Assembly (NCBI RefSeq): GCF_020745735.1
Contig: NC_083407.1
Coordinates: forward strand, 54,179,857-54,243,856
Origin: Hemiscyllium ocellatum
Taxonomy: Eukaryota
Reading direction: 5' to 3'
DNA length: 64,000 bases
Shown: positions 51,401 to 61,299 of the stretch, piece by piece
How the letters are laid out: each line of letters opens with the position of its first letter
Numbering within the stretch: position 1 is the stretch's first letter
Notes under the pieces: model-generated
What the model saw: the letters and a program-made list of their open reading frames with translations, nothing else
Databases searched by the model: none
Told to the model about the DNA's origin: nothing
Made by a program: the position numbers and the translations under genes

Positions 51401-54186
51401 ATGCAGAGGTAGATATTTCATATCCGGTGTGTCTCCAGCACCTTGGGAATTTCTGTTATGTCCCTAGCAGAATAACTTCATTTTTGAACTTGATTTGCAC
51501 CTTGATGGTGAAAGCAACTGCTTACTAAAATTAGCTCTTTCCATGTCACAATTTGTATCATGATCAATTACATTCTGATTGGTCCAGTTGAGGCAAGGCT
51601 TATTTCTAATCAGTTTGAAAATGCATTGAAAATCACTAATTGGTTTTTAAGTGATAGATATTGCCTGACCCCAACCCCACCCCACGCCCAGTCTTCTGTC
51701 TGGTTCCTTCAATTGTCAATTTTTACCATGGGCCTAACCTCTTCAGTATTGTCTTTTATTGTTTCCTTATGACTATCCTAAGAGGATAATTTGGAATGTT
51801 CTTTACCCCTTCTGTTTTAGAAAAGGGAGACGTATACAGTCAGGACCCTGTGACTGATACTTCTAGACTCTGTCTCAAACTTTGCTTAATTGATGAATTC
51901 ACATTAAATCCGATATTATGATTGACTACTCATTTTGCTCCCTTAGAAGTATTTAAGGTCCTGTTTCTTTCTTCCTCTCTGGAGATTGAAAACTTTGAAA
52001 GAATTTTTATTCCTTTATTTAAAAGGCAAAAGATATGGTGGAAAACGTTGTTCGCAACCTTGGTGTATAAACCTTTATATAGAAGATAAAGTACTAATCT
52101 GAACAAGTGGTCAAAGATTGTAAAAGGGAGTGAAATATTCTTCAGTGCATAATTCTGAATGATGAAGATCTAAAAAAATTGTGTAATTCTAAACTTAAAT
52201 GTACATTGTAACAAACTTGGCTCTAGTCCAAGTTAAGTTTAGTCATGTATAAATGCTTAACTTATAAAAATTTTCTAAAAGGCAAAGAGCACAGCTATGA
52301 TATTTTTCGATGACTTATTGATTCCTTACTCACTGATAAAAGTCAGCTAATGAGCTGGGAGTTTGCATTCATTTTTACTCACCTTTGGGGCCTCCTTGCA
52401 ATCACGAAATGAGAATGAGCTAAACATAGTGTCCCCCCTCTCCCATCTTATCTATACCTCTAAAATCTTTAGTATGTCGTCTTCAATCGATTTTCAAATC
52501 CATGATGCATTTCTTTGAATGGTTTGACAAAGCAGAGTCACATTACATTAAGTACTGAAATTTACATTAGTTGCAGTTAACCAGAATAATATACTAGATT
52601 TATCAAGGAATGTACTTTGTGTAATTATCATTTAAAGCAGTCATGAAATTTTAGTTTCTCTCCTAATCATAGAGCAATTTGAGGTAAAAATTATCTAAAC
52701 CAGTGGAAGCAGAAATGTGGATAGAATATAGAAGAATCCAAAGTGTAAAACCAAAAGTTTCAAAAAGAGCTGGAATCTCTTCAGAAACAAAACAGGAAAT
52801 GCCAAGAATCTTTGAACCATTTGAAATAGCTTGTGGAATGAGATGATTCAGTGGCTATTCTGGAACAAAACTTGGCTGTAATGTATCAGGTTAAGCAAAT
52901 TCTGGGACAGCAATTTAAGTCCATTAGAGAAAAACAGGACAGACAGTATCACTGACTGTGAAAATCAGCAGCACTTCCAGCAAAGCCATTGCACCTTCAT
53001 GTGCAAAGACCTGTTTTCTACCTGCCCCTTCCACCAAATATAAATAGATCACTTACACTTGCTAAAAGTGGTGTGCCCTGCGAACCAAAGGAATAAGCTC
53101 AATCTTTGCATCTTTTTTTGAATTAACTTTGAACTGTTTACACTTCCTCCATTTACCAAGGCTTTACCGTGGAGAATGCAATTAGGGTTGAACTGTGCTT
53201 TAATTCAGTGATATTGGTTAAGGTAATGATTAGGGCGAACAATGTAGCAAATCCCCTAAGATAACACATTAACTGGGCTCCCAGAACTAAACCTACTAAA
53301 TTTACACAGAACATGCTCCATTTCAGTTTTTCCTGGTCTCCACAGCCTAGCCAGTGATTCTAAAGGGACTGCTTGAAGCCACTGAAGAGCAGGTAAATCT
53401 CTTCGCTTTTACTTTCCAGGAGGACCAAATTATTTTAGGTTCCTATAATCTGTCGGCCATTGGCAGCTTACAACTGGACTGTTCTCCCTCTGTCTCCCCT
53501 CCCTCTCTCCCTTCCCTCCCCTGCAAACAAAAGGACTCCTCTGTGCTTCAGCTTTGATATCTTAGCAGGTTTATGAGAACAATGTACAGGAACAACCATG
53601 CAATTGACTCTCTCAGCTCACTACTTTAATGGAAATTGGACCTAATTTGGAGTACACTTCTGACTTTGGGCACACTCTGGACTTGCCATTTCTTTGCCAG
53701 TTCCAATGCAAAAATAGTTTCTTAATCTTTTTGTTTTTTTTCAACTGAGATTTATTTTTGACTTGCAAGGAACTGATTTTATAAACCACCAAAATACAAT
53801 AAGTTTGAGCAATTTAGGTTTTTTTTTGACAATTTAAGTTGTTAGGTTCGAAAGTAGTCACTTGGTAATCAGGCTGATTTGTTTTCTGTGCTGCAATGAG
53901 ATTCTTGCCTTGGCTTTGGGAATTTTGAGAGTATCTGCTGGTTAATTAACTCCTAATCCCTGCCACAGAACTGCAGTAAAAATGACGAGCCTGTTCACTA
54001 TGTTTTCAAATTTGCTAATCAGCTAAAACTATTTGTTTATTCTTGGACATTCTGGAGTCTTGTTGCATGTGCAGTTTTTAAAATTAAAATTCATTTTTGT
54101 TTGAAATCTTCACAGCCACAGATGAAGATTCTGAGGAGGAGCAGGATAGCTTTGACAGCAGTAGAATACCAGGCGATTCTGCTTAG
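12304..54186 (+). CDS. MARCHF7: E3 ubiquitin-protein ligase MARCHF7 (MARCH7/axotrophin), spliced CDS of 10 coding exons, 773-780 aa
   Basis: join(12304-12471,14971-15120,15237-15420,24070-24198 or 24219,28249-29419,33664-33839,35327-35436,36971-37084,37727-37775,54116-54186). All introns are GT-AG with matching phases. Recognised motifs: [88 protein letters not shown]. Confidence 0.95.
14971..15120 (+). CDS. MARCHF7: MARCHF7 putative coding exon 2 (150 nt, symmetric phase 0-0, possibly a cassette exon)
   Basis: ttttgtgcag acceptor; open frame [10 protein letters not shown]...FSGTRM; donor ATG|gtatac (weak). Confidence 0.65.
15237..15420 (+). CDS. MARCHF7: MARCHF7 coding exon 3
   Basis: tttttttcacag acceptor; FSTSEG...[10 protein letters not shown]...NVDSKRPKL...; donor CAG|gtattt; phase 1. 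Confidence 0.9.
15722..16325 (-). mobile_element. Family-B pLTR array: two tandem decayed hammerhead units plus an 85-bp inverted repeat
   Basis: Repeat unit ggttata.tccaacaggtttattt..aa.cac..gc...g.agtgctgctc.ttcatc at about 15731 and 15894; inverted repeat 16062-16145 / 16242-16325. Confidence 0.7.
16325..16624 (-). mobile_element. HE1-like V-SINE
   Basis: Same head, V-domain and tail as 975-1284. Confidence 0.85.
16630..17010 (+). mobile_element. Penelope-like element remnant, linker plus GIY-YIG endonuclease (family C)
   Basis: [32 protein letters not shown], then frameshifted [10 protein letters not shown]...[12 protein letters not shown]. Confidence 0.8.
17250..17900 (-). mobile_element. 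Penelope-like element remnant, GIY-YIG region (second coding family)
   Basis: [30 protein letters not shown] in ORF 17338-17862. Confidence 0.75.
18625..19603 (-). mobile_element. CR1-type LINE 3' fragment
   Basis: [14 protein letters not shown]; 3' end with ctctatgactct short repeat. Confidence 0.85.
20160..21390 (-). mobile_element. CR1-type LINE 3' fragment
   Basis: [18 protein letters not shown]...KFVDDTKI. Confidence 0.85.
21430..22960 (-). mobile_element. Older, degenerate CR1-type LINE (EN-RT remnant)
   Basis: IIARDFNW (endonuclease GDFN-like) and RT-like remnants on the - strand. Confidence 0.5.
24070..24219 (+). CDS. MARCHF7: MARCHF7 coding exon 4 (3' end at 24198 or 24219)
   Basis: ttctgtgtctcag acceptor; [13 protein letters not shown]...EMERRTESS, resembling vertebrate DSSWRHSQVPRSS...LERRTDSS; two phase-1 donors lie before the in-frame TAA at 24228. 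Confidence 0.82.
25330..28060 (-). mobile_element. CR1-type LINE, about 2.4 kb of ORF2 and 3' end, with a nested HE1 SINE
   Basis: [40 protein letters not shown]. Confidence 0.85.
26345..26655 (+). mobile_element. HE1-like V-SINE nested in CR1
   Basis: ggcacagtggctcagtgtttagcactgctg...aatctaatcta tail. Confidence 0.85.
28249..29419 (+). CDS. MARCHF7: MARCHF7 coding exon 5 (large Ser/Arg-rich disordered exon, 1171 nt)
   Basis: tttcctactgcag acceptor; lies within ORF 28209-29441; conserved [45 protein letters not shown]; donor AG|gtatgc; phase 2. Confidence 0.95.
29612..29900. mobile_element. Degenerate pLTR-type hairpin element
   Basis: aaaatgctggagaaactcagg...gcagcatc...gagagaga paired with tctctctct...gctgctagacctg...tttctccagtatttt. 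Confidence 0.55.
30345..31840. mobile_element. Two CR1 3' ends joined tail-to-tail (+ 30345-30645; - 30646-31840)
   Basis: Inverted copies of the same 3' end; the - copy carries [13 protein letters not shown] and KVFDKVPH. Confidence 0.85.
32524..32714. mobile_element. MITE with short TIRs (Tc1/mariner-pogo-like)
   Basis: ggttgttccgctata ... tatagcagaacaacc terminal inverted repeats, about 190 bp apart. Confidence 0.55.
33664..33839 (+). CDS. MARCHF7: MARCHF7 coding exon 6, N-terminal part of the RING-CH domain
   Basis: [20 protein letters not shown]...[26 protein letters not shown]; gacag acceptor; CAG|gtaata donor; phase 1. Confidence 0.96.
34125..34700 (+). mobile_element. Old CR1-type LINE 3' fragment
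   Basis: [24 protein letters not shown]...LGLFSL. Confidence 0.75.
35327..35436 (+). CDS. MARCHF7: MARCHF7 coding exon 7, end of the RING-CH domain
   Basis: [37 protein letters not shown]; atacag acceptor; CAG|gtgtgt donor; phase 0. Confidence 0.95.
36971..37084 (+). CDS. MARCHF7: MARCHF7 coding exon 8
   Basis: ttttatttag acceptor; [38 protein letters not shown]; CGG|gtaagt donor. Confidence 0.95.
37727..37775 (+). CDS. MARCHF7: MARCHF7 coding exon 9
   Basis: cttttctttctttcag acceptor; [16 protein letters not shown]; A|gtaggt donor; phase 1. Confidence 0.93.
38460..38846 (+). mobile_element. Inverted pLTR pair with tail (family C), each arm carrying a hammerhead motif
   Basis: 38460-38620 is the imperfect reverse complement of 38630-38803; unpaired tail 38804-38846; same sequence as the pLTR at 47043-47240. 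Confidence 0.8.
38731..38768 (+). ncRNA. Minimal hammerhead ribozyme motif (family C; mirror copy at about 38495-38532, - strand)
   Basis: ca-CTGAAGA-t-gttgcc tagtat ggtgac-GAAA-t-GTC-tg. Confidence 0.62.
39455..39662 (-). mobile_element. CR1 3'-terminal fragment
   Basis: Same 3' end as 18625-18830. Confidence 0.7.
40565..40960 (+). mobile_element. CR1/L2-clade LINE 3' remnant
   Basis: tctgcaaggcacaagttaggaaagtgatagaatac...caacaccatccagg, the decayed YKAQVRS.MEY-type RT C-terminus. Confidence 0.5.
42770..45130 (+). mobile_element. RTE-clade (BovB/Expander-like) LINE, decayed EN-RT ORF
   Basis: [65 protein letters not shown]. Confidence 0.85.
45168..45550 (-). mobile_element. CR1 3'-terminal fragment
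   Basis: Near-identical to 18630-19010. Confidence 0.8.
45555..45885 (+). mobile_element. Penelope-like GIY-YIG C-terminal remnant (same family as 17250-17900)
   Basis: gagcatctctgggatgcccgcaccaaccaa...gaacactttaactcccc matches the reverse complement of about 17300-17380. Confidence 0.6.
47043..49585 (-). mobile_element. Penelope-like element 3' end (GIY-YIG 49270-49585, pLTR 47043-47240) split by a CR1 insertion
   Basis: [22 protein letters not shown]...HHFDWD; the downstream pLTR matches 38640-38846. Confidence 0.78.
47260..49270 (-). mobile_element. CR1-type LINE (EN remnant, RT, 3' end)
   Basis: [43 protein letters not shown]. Confidence 0.85.
50499..52554. repeat. Long inverted repeat (arms about 50499-50768 and 52275-52554)
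   Basis: For example gctcattctcatt...aaaaatgaatgcaaactccca.ctcattagctgactt.tatcagtga...agctgtgctctttgcctttta is present on both strands. Confidence 0.8.
54116..54186 (+). CDS. MARCHF7: MARCHF7 terminal coding exon
   Basis: tcttcacag acceptor; (T)[22 protein letters not shown] matches the acidic C-terminus of vertebrate MARCH7; phase matches exon 9. Confidence 0.9.
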
Positions 54187-56820
54187 TGGACTCGGTGGGA
54201 CTTGTAAAGCACAAATGGAATCCGTGCAGCAGCGAGGAAAGCCCCTATAGTATTCAAGTGGCTAAACATTGTATTCATATTTCAATTTTGCTGTTTCTAG
54301 AAATTGCTAGTGGAGCATCATCAAAGAATAATACTAAACATTAAGTGCAGTTTCTAAGCTTTGTGACTGCACTCAAGTAATGATGACATGCATTATAATT
54401 TGAGAAAATAACAATTAAGCAAAGCTTTTTATAAGTTAGCATTAGAAACTAAGCAGCAAGGCAACACACCGTATATATGTATAATCTACTTTTTACTTTT
54501 AATATTTTGTGTCAGAATCTGGACATAAAGAATTTGCAGCAGATTATTCAGGTCAGAGTTGCTTTGATGAAATTTGACCTAGGAACTCTGAATTCCAGAA
54601 TTTTGCAGGAAATGCAAGAAGCATAGGTTATCTGATTTTATTAGAAAATTCTGTTAAAATTCTTACTTTGTGCAAGTGTGTTTCCTTTCATGAGTACATG
54701 CACCTGTCAAATAAGGATCTTGCTGCAGTTTTAACTCAATTGGTCAGACCTTTTTTGTTGGGCCTGAGTAGTACATTGAGTGCATTTCATTTGAATGTCA
54801 TTTACCAAAATTTTTTTGAGATCCAGGTAAAATTATCTGCCTTATCAAAACATAGGATGTGGTGAATAAAGTAACAGTTTTTGTTCATAAAATTATTAAA
54901 GATACGAAGTTTTAAAAAATGAACTTGTTGCATTTTTAGATTTATTACAACTGTTGGAGATAATGTAACTGCAATATACCATAACATTTATAGTAATTTT
55001 TAAACACCTAGTAACGTGCTTCACATAATATCTTCAACACAATGTGCTTCAGAGTGCAGTATATTCAGATACATAAAGTTTTGTTTTGATGCGGGAGGAA
55101 TCTTTATTCCTAAATCATGAGATTACTATGAGCAAAAAGAACCATTCAGTATATCTTTATTCACTTAGATGAAGGACAAATCGTTTTACTCTGATCTCCC
55201 ATTTTTAAAAAATCCAGTTTCTTCACCAAAGGGGAATACAAAACTGTTCTTTGGGTACATGATATATAAAGATGCATAACACAAATATGAATGCAAATGT
55301 TACATTTAATGTTTTGTGCTAGTTAGGGATTGTGTCCATAGTCTTTCGCTGACTTAATTGAAGCAAGTGATGCCAGATTTTGGAAATTTGAAATTTAAGG
55401 AGAAAATGCTGGAAACACTGAACACGTCAGGCAGCATTGTTGCGCAGAGAAAGGTAACTTTGCCATTTGAGATTCACATTTCTGTTGACATGACATTGAT
55501 CTGACATGTTAGTGCTATTTTTCCCCTCTACCCAGCTATTTCCTCATCTGATTGTTCTCTTTAGCTCACTTTGCATTCTCTTAAGAACTAAATATTTTGG
55601 ATGTTTGCATGATTAATTGTAATGAGATTTTTCATAGTTTTTTTGTGGAACATCTTTAAAATCAGACTTTGGCTTTCCTTTGAGGGCTAAAAACTGATGC
55701 TGGCATTTAGAATTAGATTCCCAGTGTTACACTCATTCCTACAGTACTTTTTTTTTCAAAATATCTATATCCATCTGATCAAATTAATGTATACTGAATC
55801 TCGATCTAATGCACAAATGGAATTATCATTGTGTACTACCTAAATGTTCCATAAGCAACAGGGCCAGAACAAGTTTGCTAAGCCTGATGGCCTGCCACCA
55901 AGTGTGTATGATCTTGTGAATGTCTAACTAGTCCTTTTAATTTTGAATAAATTACATAAAGTTTACAGCATTGACCACTATGACCAAGTGGCTTATTTCA
56001 ATGTTTGTATTAATTTTGCACATAAATCTCATTCCACCCTTCTTCATCTATTCTTATTTTGTTCCTTTATTCCTTTTCGACCTGATTTCACTTACATCTA
56101 TGGTCTTTGCCTCAACTTGTATATATTCTTCTTTAAAAGTCAACCCATGATTTTTGGCTTCAAATTTTGTAGTTATTTGTATCACTTTCATGTAAACATT
56201 GTCCTTACTTTTGTCGAGAATCGAAGCTGGATGGCTGTTACCTTCCCTTTCCTGCTCAGCCTTTTCACGCTTACTGAACAAAGGCATCAAGTAAGGTATG
56301 TTATCCAGGAAATTTTCGTGTTAATCTGCTTGTTTGCCAAAATTTTCTTGAACTGAAGTTCTGCTTACATTACAAGCAAAGATGGCCCAGATCACAGCTC
56401 TGCACAATGACTAAGCAATCTGTTGATCTCACTGCCATTCGAGGGCTTGGAATTAAACAGCACAGTCTGACATCAGCAGACTGGACCTTTCCAGTATACG
56501 CCCATTTGTATCACTGCAACAGGCCAAAGTACCTGGCCAAACAGTGGATGCAGCTAGACTGTGCATGGATTGAATGAGTGCTGCGTGGGCACAAATCAAG
56601 CTTGCATGATGTTACCATTGTAAAAGCCAATCTTTAACATTTTGTCTAAAATATTCATCTCAAGAAATTGACTTTTACACAGATATACATAGTATTTCTT
56701 TGTCATAGCTATTGCACATTCTTGCCATGTTATAAAATTTCTCTTGAATACCCTGTATTAATGACTTCCAATAACTTATTTTAATTATGATGTAAATAAA
56801 ATTTGAAGAACTGCGGATGC
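54187..56820 (+). other. MARCHF7 3' UTR (putative, AT-rich, repeat-poor)
   Basis: Follows the stop codon; AATAAA at 54865, 55946 and 56795; dense repeats resume right after 56800. Confidence 0.55.
56791..56800 (+). terminator. Candidate distal polyadenylation signal (TGTAAATAAA)
   Basis: AATAAA at 56795-56800 overlapping a TGTAAATA Pumilio-type motif, at the edge of the repeat-poor UTR. Confidence 0.45.
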
Positions 56821-57190
56821 TATAAAATCAGAAACAAAAAGTGAAATTGCTGGAAAGGCTCAGCAAGTCTGGCAGCCTCTGTGAAGAGAAATCAGTTAAT
56901 GTTTCAGGTCAAATGGCTATTTCTCAGAATTGATGGTATCTAGAAAAACGTCAGGTTTTTTTTCGCTGACGATAGAGTTGGGGGGGTGGGGGGGGGGAGA
57001 GTAAGTAGTAAATGGTAGGTGAGCCTAAATAAAGAGAAGAACAATCGGACAGACAAAAGAGTGCATAATGAGCTGGCTTGGAGGGTGAACAGCTATTAAT
57101 GAGAACTGGTAGTAGCTAACAGTGGGTTGTGTGTAATGGCAGATTGTAATAACAAGGCCTGGTGTTTTGGGGGTTGAGCTACGGATATGA
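56803..57190 (-). mobile_element. Penelope-type pLTR / 3' region, degenerate
   Basis: tgcggatgct..aaatcagaaacaaaa...ttgctggaaa.gctcagca.gtctggcagc, decayed hammerhead core, G-rich tract. Confidence 0.55.
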
Positions 57191-57194
57191 GAGA

Positions 57195-59720
57195 CAATAG
57201 ACAATAGGTGCAGGAGTCTGCCGTTCTGCCCTTCAAGCCTGCACCACCATTCAATATAATTATAGTTGAGCATCTTTAATCAGTGTCCTATTCCTGCCTT
57301 ATCTCCATAACCTTGATTCTACTATCCTTGAGAGCTCTCTCTAACACTTTCTTAAATGAATCCAGAGCCTAGGCCTCTACTGCTCTCTGGGGCAGAGTAT
57401 TCCACACAGCCACCAGTCTCTGGGTGAAGAAGTTTCACCTCCTCTCTGTCCTAAGTAGTCTACCCCATATTTTTAAGCTGTGTCCTCTGATTCGACGCTC
57501 GCCCATCAGCGGAAACGTGTTTCCTGCCTCCAGAGTGTCCAATCCTTTAATAATCTTAAATGTCTTAATCAGATCCCCTCTCAGCCTTCTAAACTCAAGG
57601 GTATACAAGCCCAGTCGCTCCAGTCTTTCAGCGTAAGGTAGTCCTGCCATTCCAGGAATTGGCCTTGTGAACCTACGCTGTACTCCCTCAATAGCCAGAA
57701 TGTCTTTCCTCAAATTTGGAGATAGAACTGCACACAATACTCCAGGTGCGGTCTCACCAGGGCCCTGTACAGCTGCAGAAGAGCTTCTTTGCTTCTATCC
57801 TCAATCCCTCTTGTTATGAAGGTCAGCATGCTATTAGACTTCTTCACTACCTGCTGTACCTGCATGCTTACCTTCATTGACTGGTGTACAAGAACACACA
57901 GATCTCTTTGTACTGCCCCTTTACCTAAATTGATTCCACTTAGGTAGTAATCTGCCTTCCTGTTTTTTTTAGATTACTTACAGTGTGGAAACAGGCCCTT
58001 CGGCCCAACAAGTTCACACCGACCCAGCGAAGCGACAACCCACCCATACCCCTACATATACCCCTTACCTAACACTACAGGCAATTTAGCATGGCCAATT
58101 CACCTGACCCGCACATCTTTGGACTGTGGGAGGAAACCGGAGCACCTGGAGGAAACCCACGCAGACACGGGGAGAACGTGCAAACTCCACACAGTCAGTC
58201 GCCTGAGGCGGGAATTGAACCCAGGTCCCTGGCGCTGTGAGGCAGCAGTGCTAACCACTGTGCCACCGTGCCACCAAAGTGGATAACCATACATTTATCC
58301 ACATTAAACTGCATCTGACCACTCCCCTAACCTGTCCAGATCACCCTGTAATCTCCTAACTTCCTCCTCATATTTCACCCTGCCACCCAGCTTAGTATCA
58401 TCAGCAAATTTGCTAATGTTATTACTAATACCATCTTCTATGTCATTAACATATGTTGTAAAAAGCTGCGGTCCCAGCACTGATCCCTGCGGTACCCCAC
58501 TGGTCACTGCCTGCCATTCCGAAATGGAGCCGTTTATCACTACTGTTTCCTGTCAGCCAACCAACTTTCAATCCAGGTTAGTACTTTGCCCCCAATACCA
58601 TGCGCCCTAATTTTGCTCACTAACCTTCTATGTGGGACTTTATCAAAAGCTTTCTGAAAGTCCATATACACTACATCTACTGGATCTCCCTCGTCCATCC
58701 TCAGAGTTATAGCCTCAAAAAATTCCAGAAGATTAGTCAAGCATGATTTCCCCTTCATAAATCCATGCTGACTCTGACCTATCCTGTTACTACTATCCAG
58801 ATGTGTCGTAATTTCATCCTTTATAATAGACTCCAGCATCTTTCCCACCACTGAGGTCAGACTAACTGGTCTATAACTTCCTGCTTTCTCTCTCCCACCT
58901 TTTTGAAAAAGTGGTACAACATTAGCCACCCTCCAGTCCGCAGGAACTGATCCCGAATCTATTGAACTCTGAAAAATAATCACCATCCACGATTTCTCGA
59001 GCCACCTCCTTCAGTACCCTGGGATGTAGACCATCAGGCCTTGGGGACTTATCAACCTTCAGACCTAACATTCTCTCCAACATCAATTCCTGGCAAATAT
59101 AAATTCCCTTAAGTTCAGGTCCTTCAGCCACTGTTACCACAGGGAGATTGCTTGCGTCTTCCCCCAGTGAACACTGATCTGAAGTACCAATTCAATTCTT
59201 CTGCCATTTCTTTGTTCCCGTAATATATTCCCCTGTTTCTGTCTTCAAGGGCCTAATTTTAGTCTTAACCATTTTTTTTGCCTTTCACATATCTAAAAAA
59301 GCTTTTACTATTCTCCTTTATACTTTTGGCCAGTTTACCTTCGTACTTCATTTTTTCTCTGTGTATTTCCTTCTTGGTAATCCTCTGTTATTCTTTAAAA
59401 GCTTCCCAGTCCTCTGTTTTCCCACTTATCTTTGCTATGTGATACTTTTTCTCTTTTAACTTTATATGTTTCTTAACTTCCCTCAGCAGCCACGGGGCCA
59501 ACCATGCCTCCTCCTAGGATCTTTCTTCCTTTTTGGAATGAACTGATACTGCATCTTCTGCATTATACTCCGAAATATCCGCCATTGTTCCTCCACGGTC
59601 ATCCCTGGCACAATTGAATTTTGGCCAGCTCCTCCCTCATAGCTCCATAGTTCCCTTTATTCAACAGAAATATTGTCACTTCTGATTGTACCCTCTCCCT
59701 ATCAAATTGCAGATTGAAGA
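57195..59720 (-). mobile_element. CR1-type LINE ORF2 and 3' end with a nested HE1 SINE
   Basis: [55 protein letters not shown]. Confidence 0.9.
57970..58274 (-). mobile_element. HE1-like V-SINE nested in CR1
   Basis: Full tRNA-like head, V-domain and tail. Confidence 0.88.
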
Positions 59721-59837
59721 GAGTTATAGGTCTATAGTTATTCACCTCAATATTGAGTCTAGAAGACCACAGGGTCCCCAAGTTGAGTTATGACTGTCCT
59801 GCTCTTTCCAAATTGGAACAAGTTTGTAATTTCCACA

Positions 59838-60155
59838 GGGCGGCACAGAGGTTAGCACTGCTGCCTCATAGCGCCAGGAACCCGGGTTCAATTCTGGCCT
59901 CTAGTGACTGTCTGTGGAGTTTGCACATTCTCCTGTCTGCAAGATTTTCCTCCTGGTGCGCCAATTTCCTCCCACATTCCAAAAGATGTGCAAGTCAGGA
60001 GAATTGGCCATGCTAAATTGCCCATAGTGTTAGGTGCATTAGTCAGGTGTAAAGATAGGGTAGGGGAATGGGTCTGGGTGGGTTACTCTTTGGAGAGTCA
60101 GTGTGGACCTGTTGGGCCGAAGGGCCTGTTCCCACACTGTAGGGAATCTAATCTA
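59838..60155 (+). mobile_element. HE1-like V-SINE
   Basis: gggcggcacagaggttagcactgctgcctca...agggaatctaatcta. Confidence 0.88.
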
Positions 60156-61299
60156 AACCGTGACTAAAACGTTAAGTTTGATCTCCGAAATCAAATGAGG
60201 AGCGAGTGTCAATGCTCTGCCAAGATTGGATGAGCAGAGATGTCCTGATTTGGTGTTCTTGAATCAAAAGAATGTATATACAGTAAAGGTGAAAAAGGTT
60301 TAGATGAGCACTGGCATTGGAATAAAAAGGTGTATGACGAGTTTAGGGAAAGCTTTTCTTTGAAAAGAATTGACAATACAACAACCATTGCAATCAGAGG
60401 ATTGGAGAATTGCTAGTAGCATCCATGTACAAACTCAGGAGAAATGGTTAACAGTCAAGATGTTCAAGAGGGTTGCCTTACTGTAGTTATGTAAGGCCTT
60501 GATTGAGTGCACTTTTGGACTCCCTACTTGGCATAGACCGAGTATAGCAGAGGTTGATCATGTTGTTATCAGGGATGCCAGGCCCATTCTATGAGAAGAG
60601 AATGGTTCAACTGAACCTGTATTTTCTAGAGTTTACAAAGATGAGAGGGGTTCTGATTGTCCAACCCTGTTTTAAAAAAAAATTAAGCTTCGGTATAATG
60701 CAGGGAACATGATTTCCCTGGTTGGGGACTCCAGAATGGGAGCTCAACCATTTAGGACTGAGAGTTCTTCGCTCAGAGTAGTGAACCTTTGGAATTCTCT
60801 ACTACGGAAGGCTGTCGAGGTCAAGTCACTGAATATATTTAAGCAAGAGAAAGAACTTTTTAGATTCTACAGGCATCAAGGTATATGGGGGAAAAGCATA
60901 AATATGGCATTGAGATCGGGGACTTTCAAAAGTGCGATGACAAGAGCTCAGTGACATCATGTTCCTGTAAGAGTGAAAGATAAGGCTGGTAAGATTAAGG
61001 AACAATTGATGAATCTAGATATTGAGGTTCTAATCAAGAATAAAGAGAATGGTGGATGCAGATAACTTGGATCAAATGAACCTCTTGAAAAGTATAAAGA
61101 GTGTGGGGCATTCTTAAGAAGAAATCAGGACGCTAAAGACGGGATATGAGATGGCCTTGGCCAATAAGGTAAAGGGTAATCAAAGATTCTGCAAATACTT
61201 TAAAAGAAAAAGAGCAACTAGACCACATTAAAAGTCAATAAGGTTATCTTTGTTTTGATCCTAAGGTGATGGGAGAGATATTAAATTAAGTTGGTTGAA

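Noticed and set aside
55943-56356. 137-aa hydrophobic ORF in the 3' UTR
   Set aside because: T-rich low-complexity sequence, non-ATG start, no recognisable homology
56978-57000. Poly-G / poly-C tracts (also about 49105-49122) as regulatory G-quadruplexes
   Set aside because: They lie inside retroelement remnants, with no evidence of function
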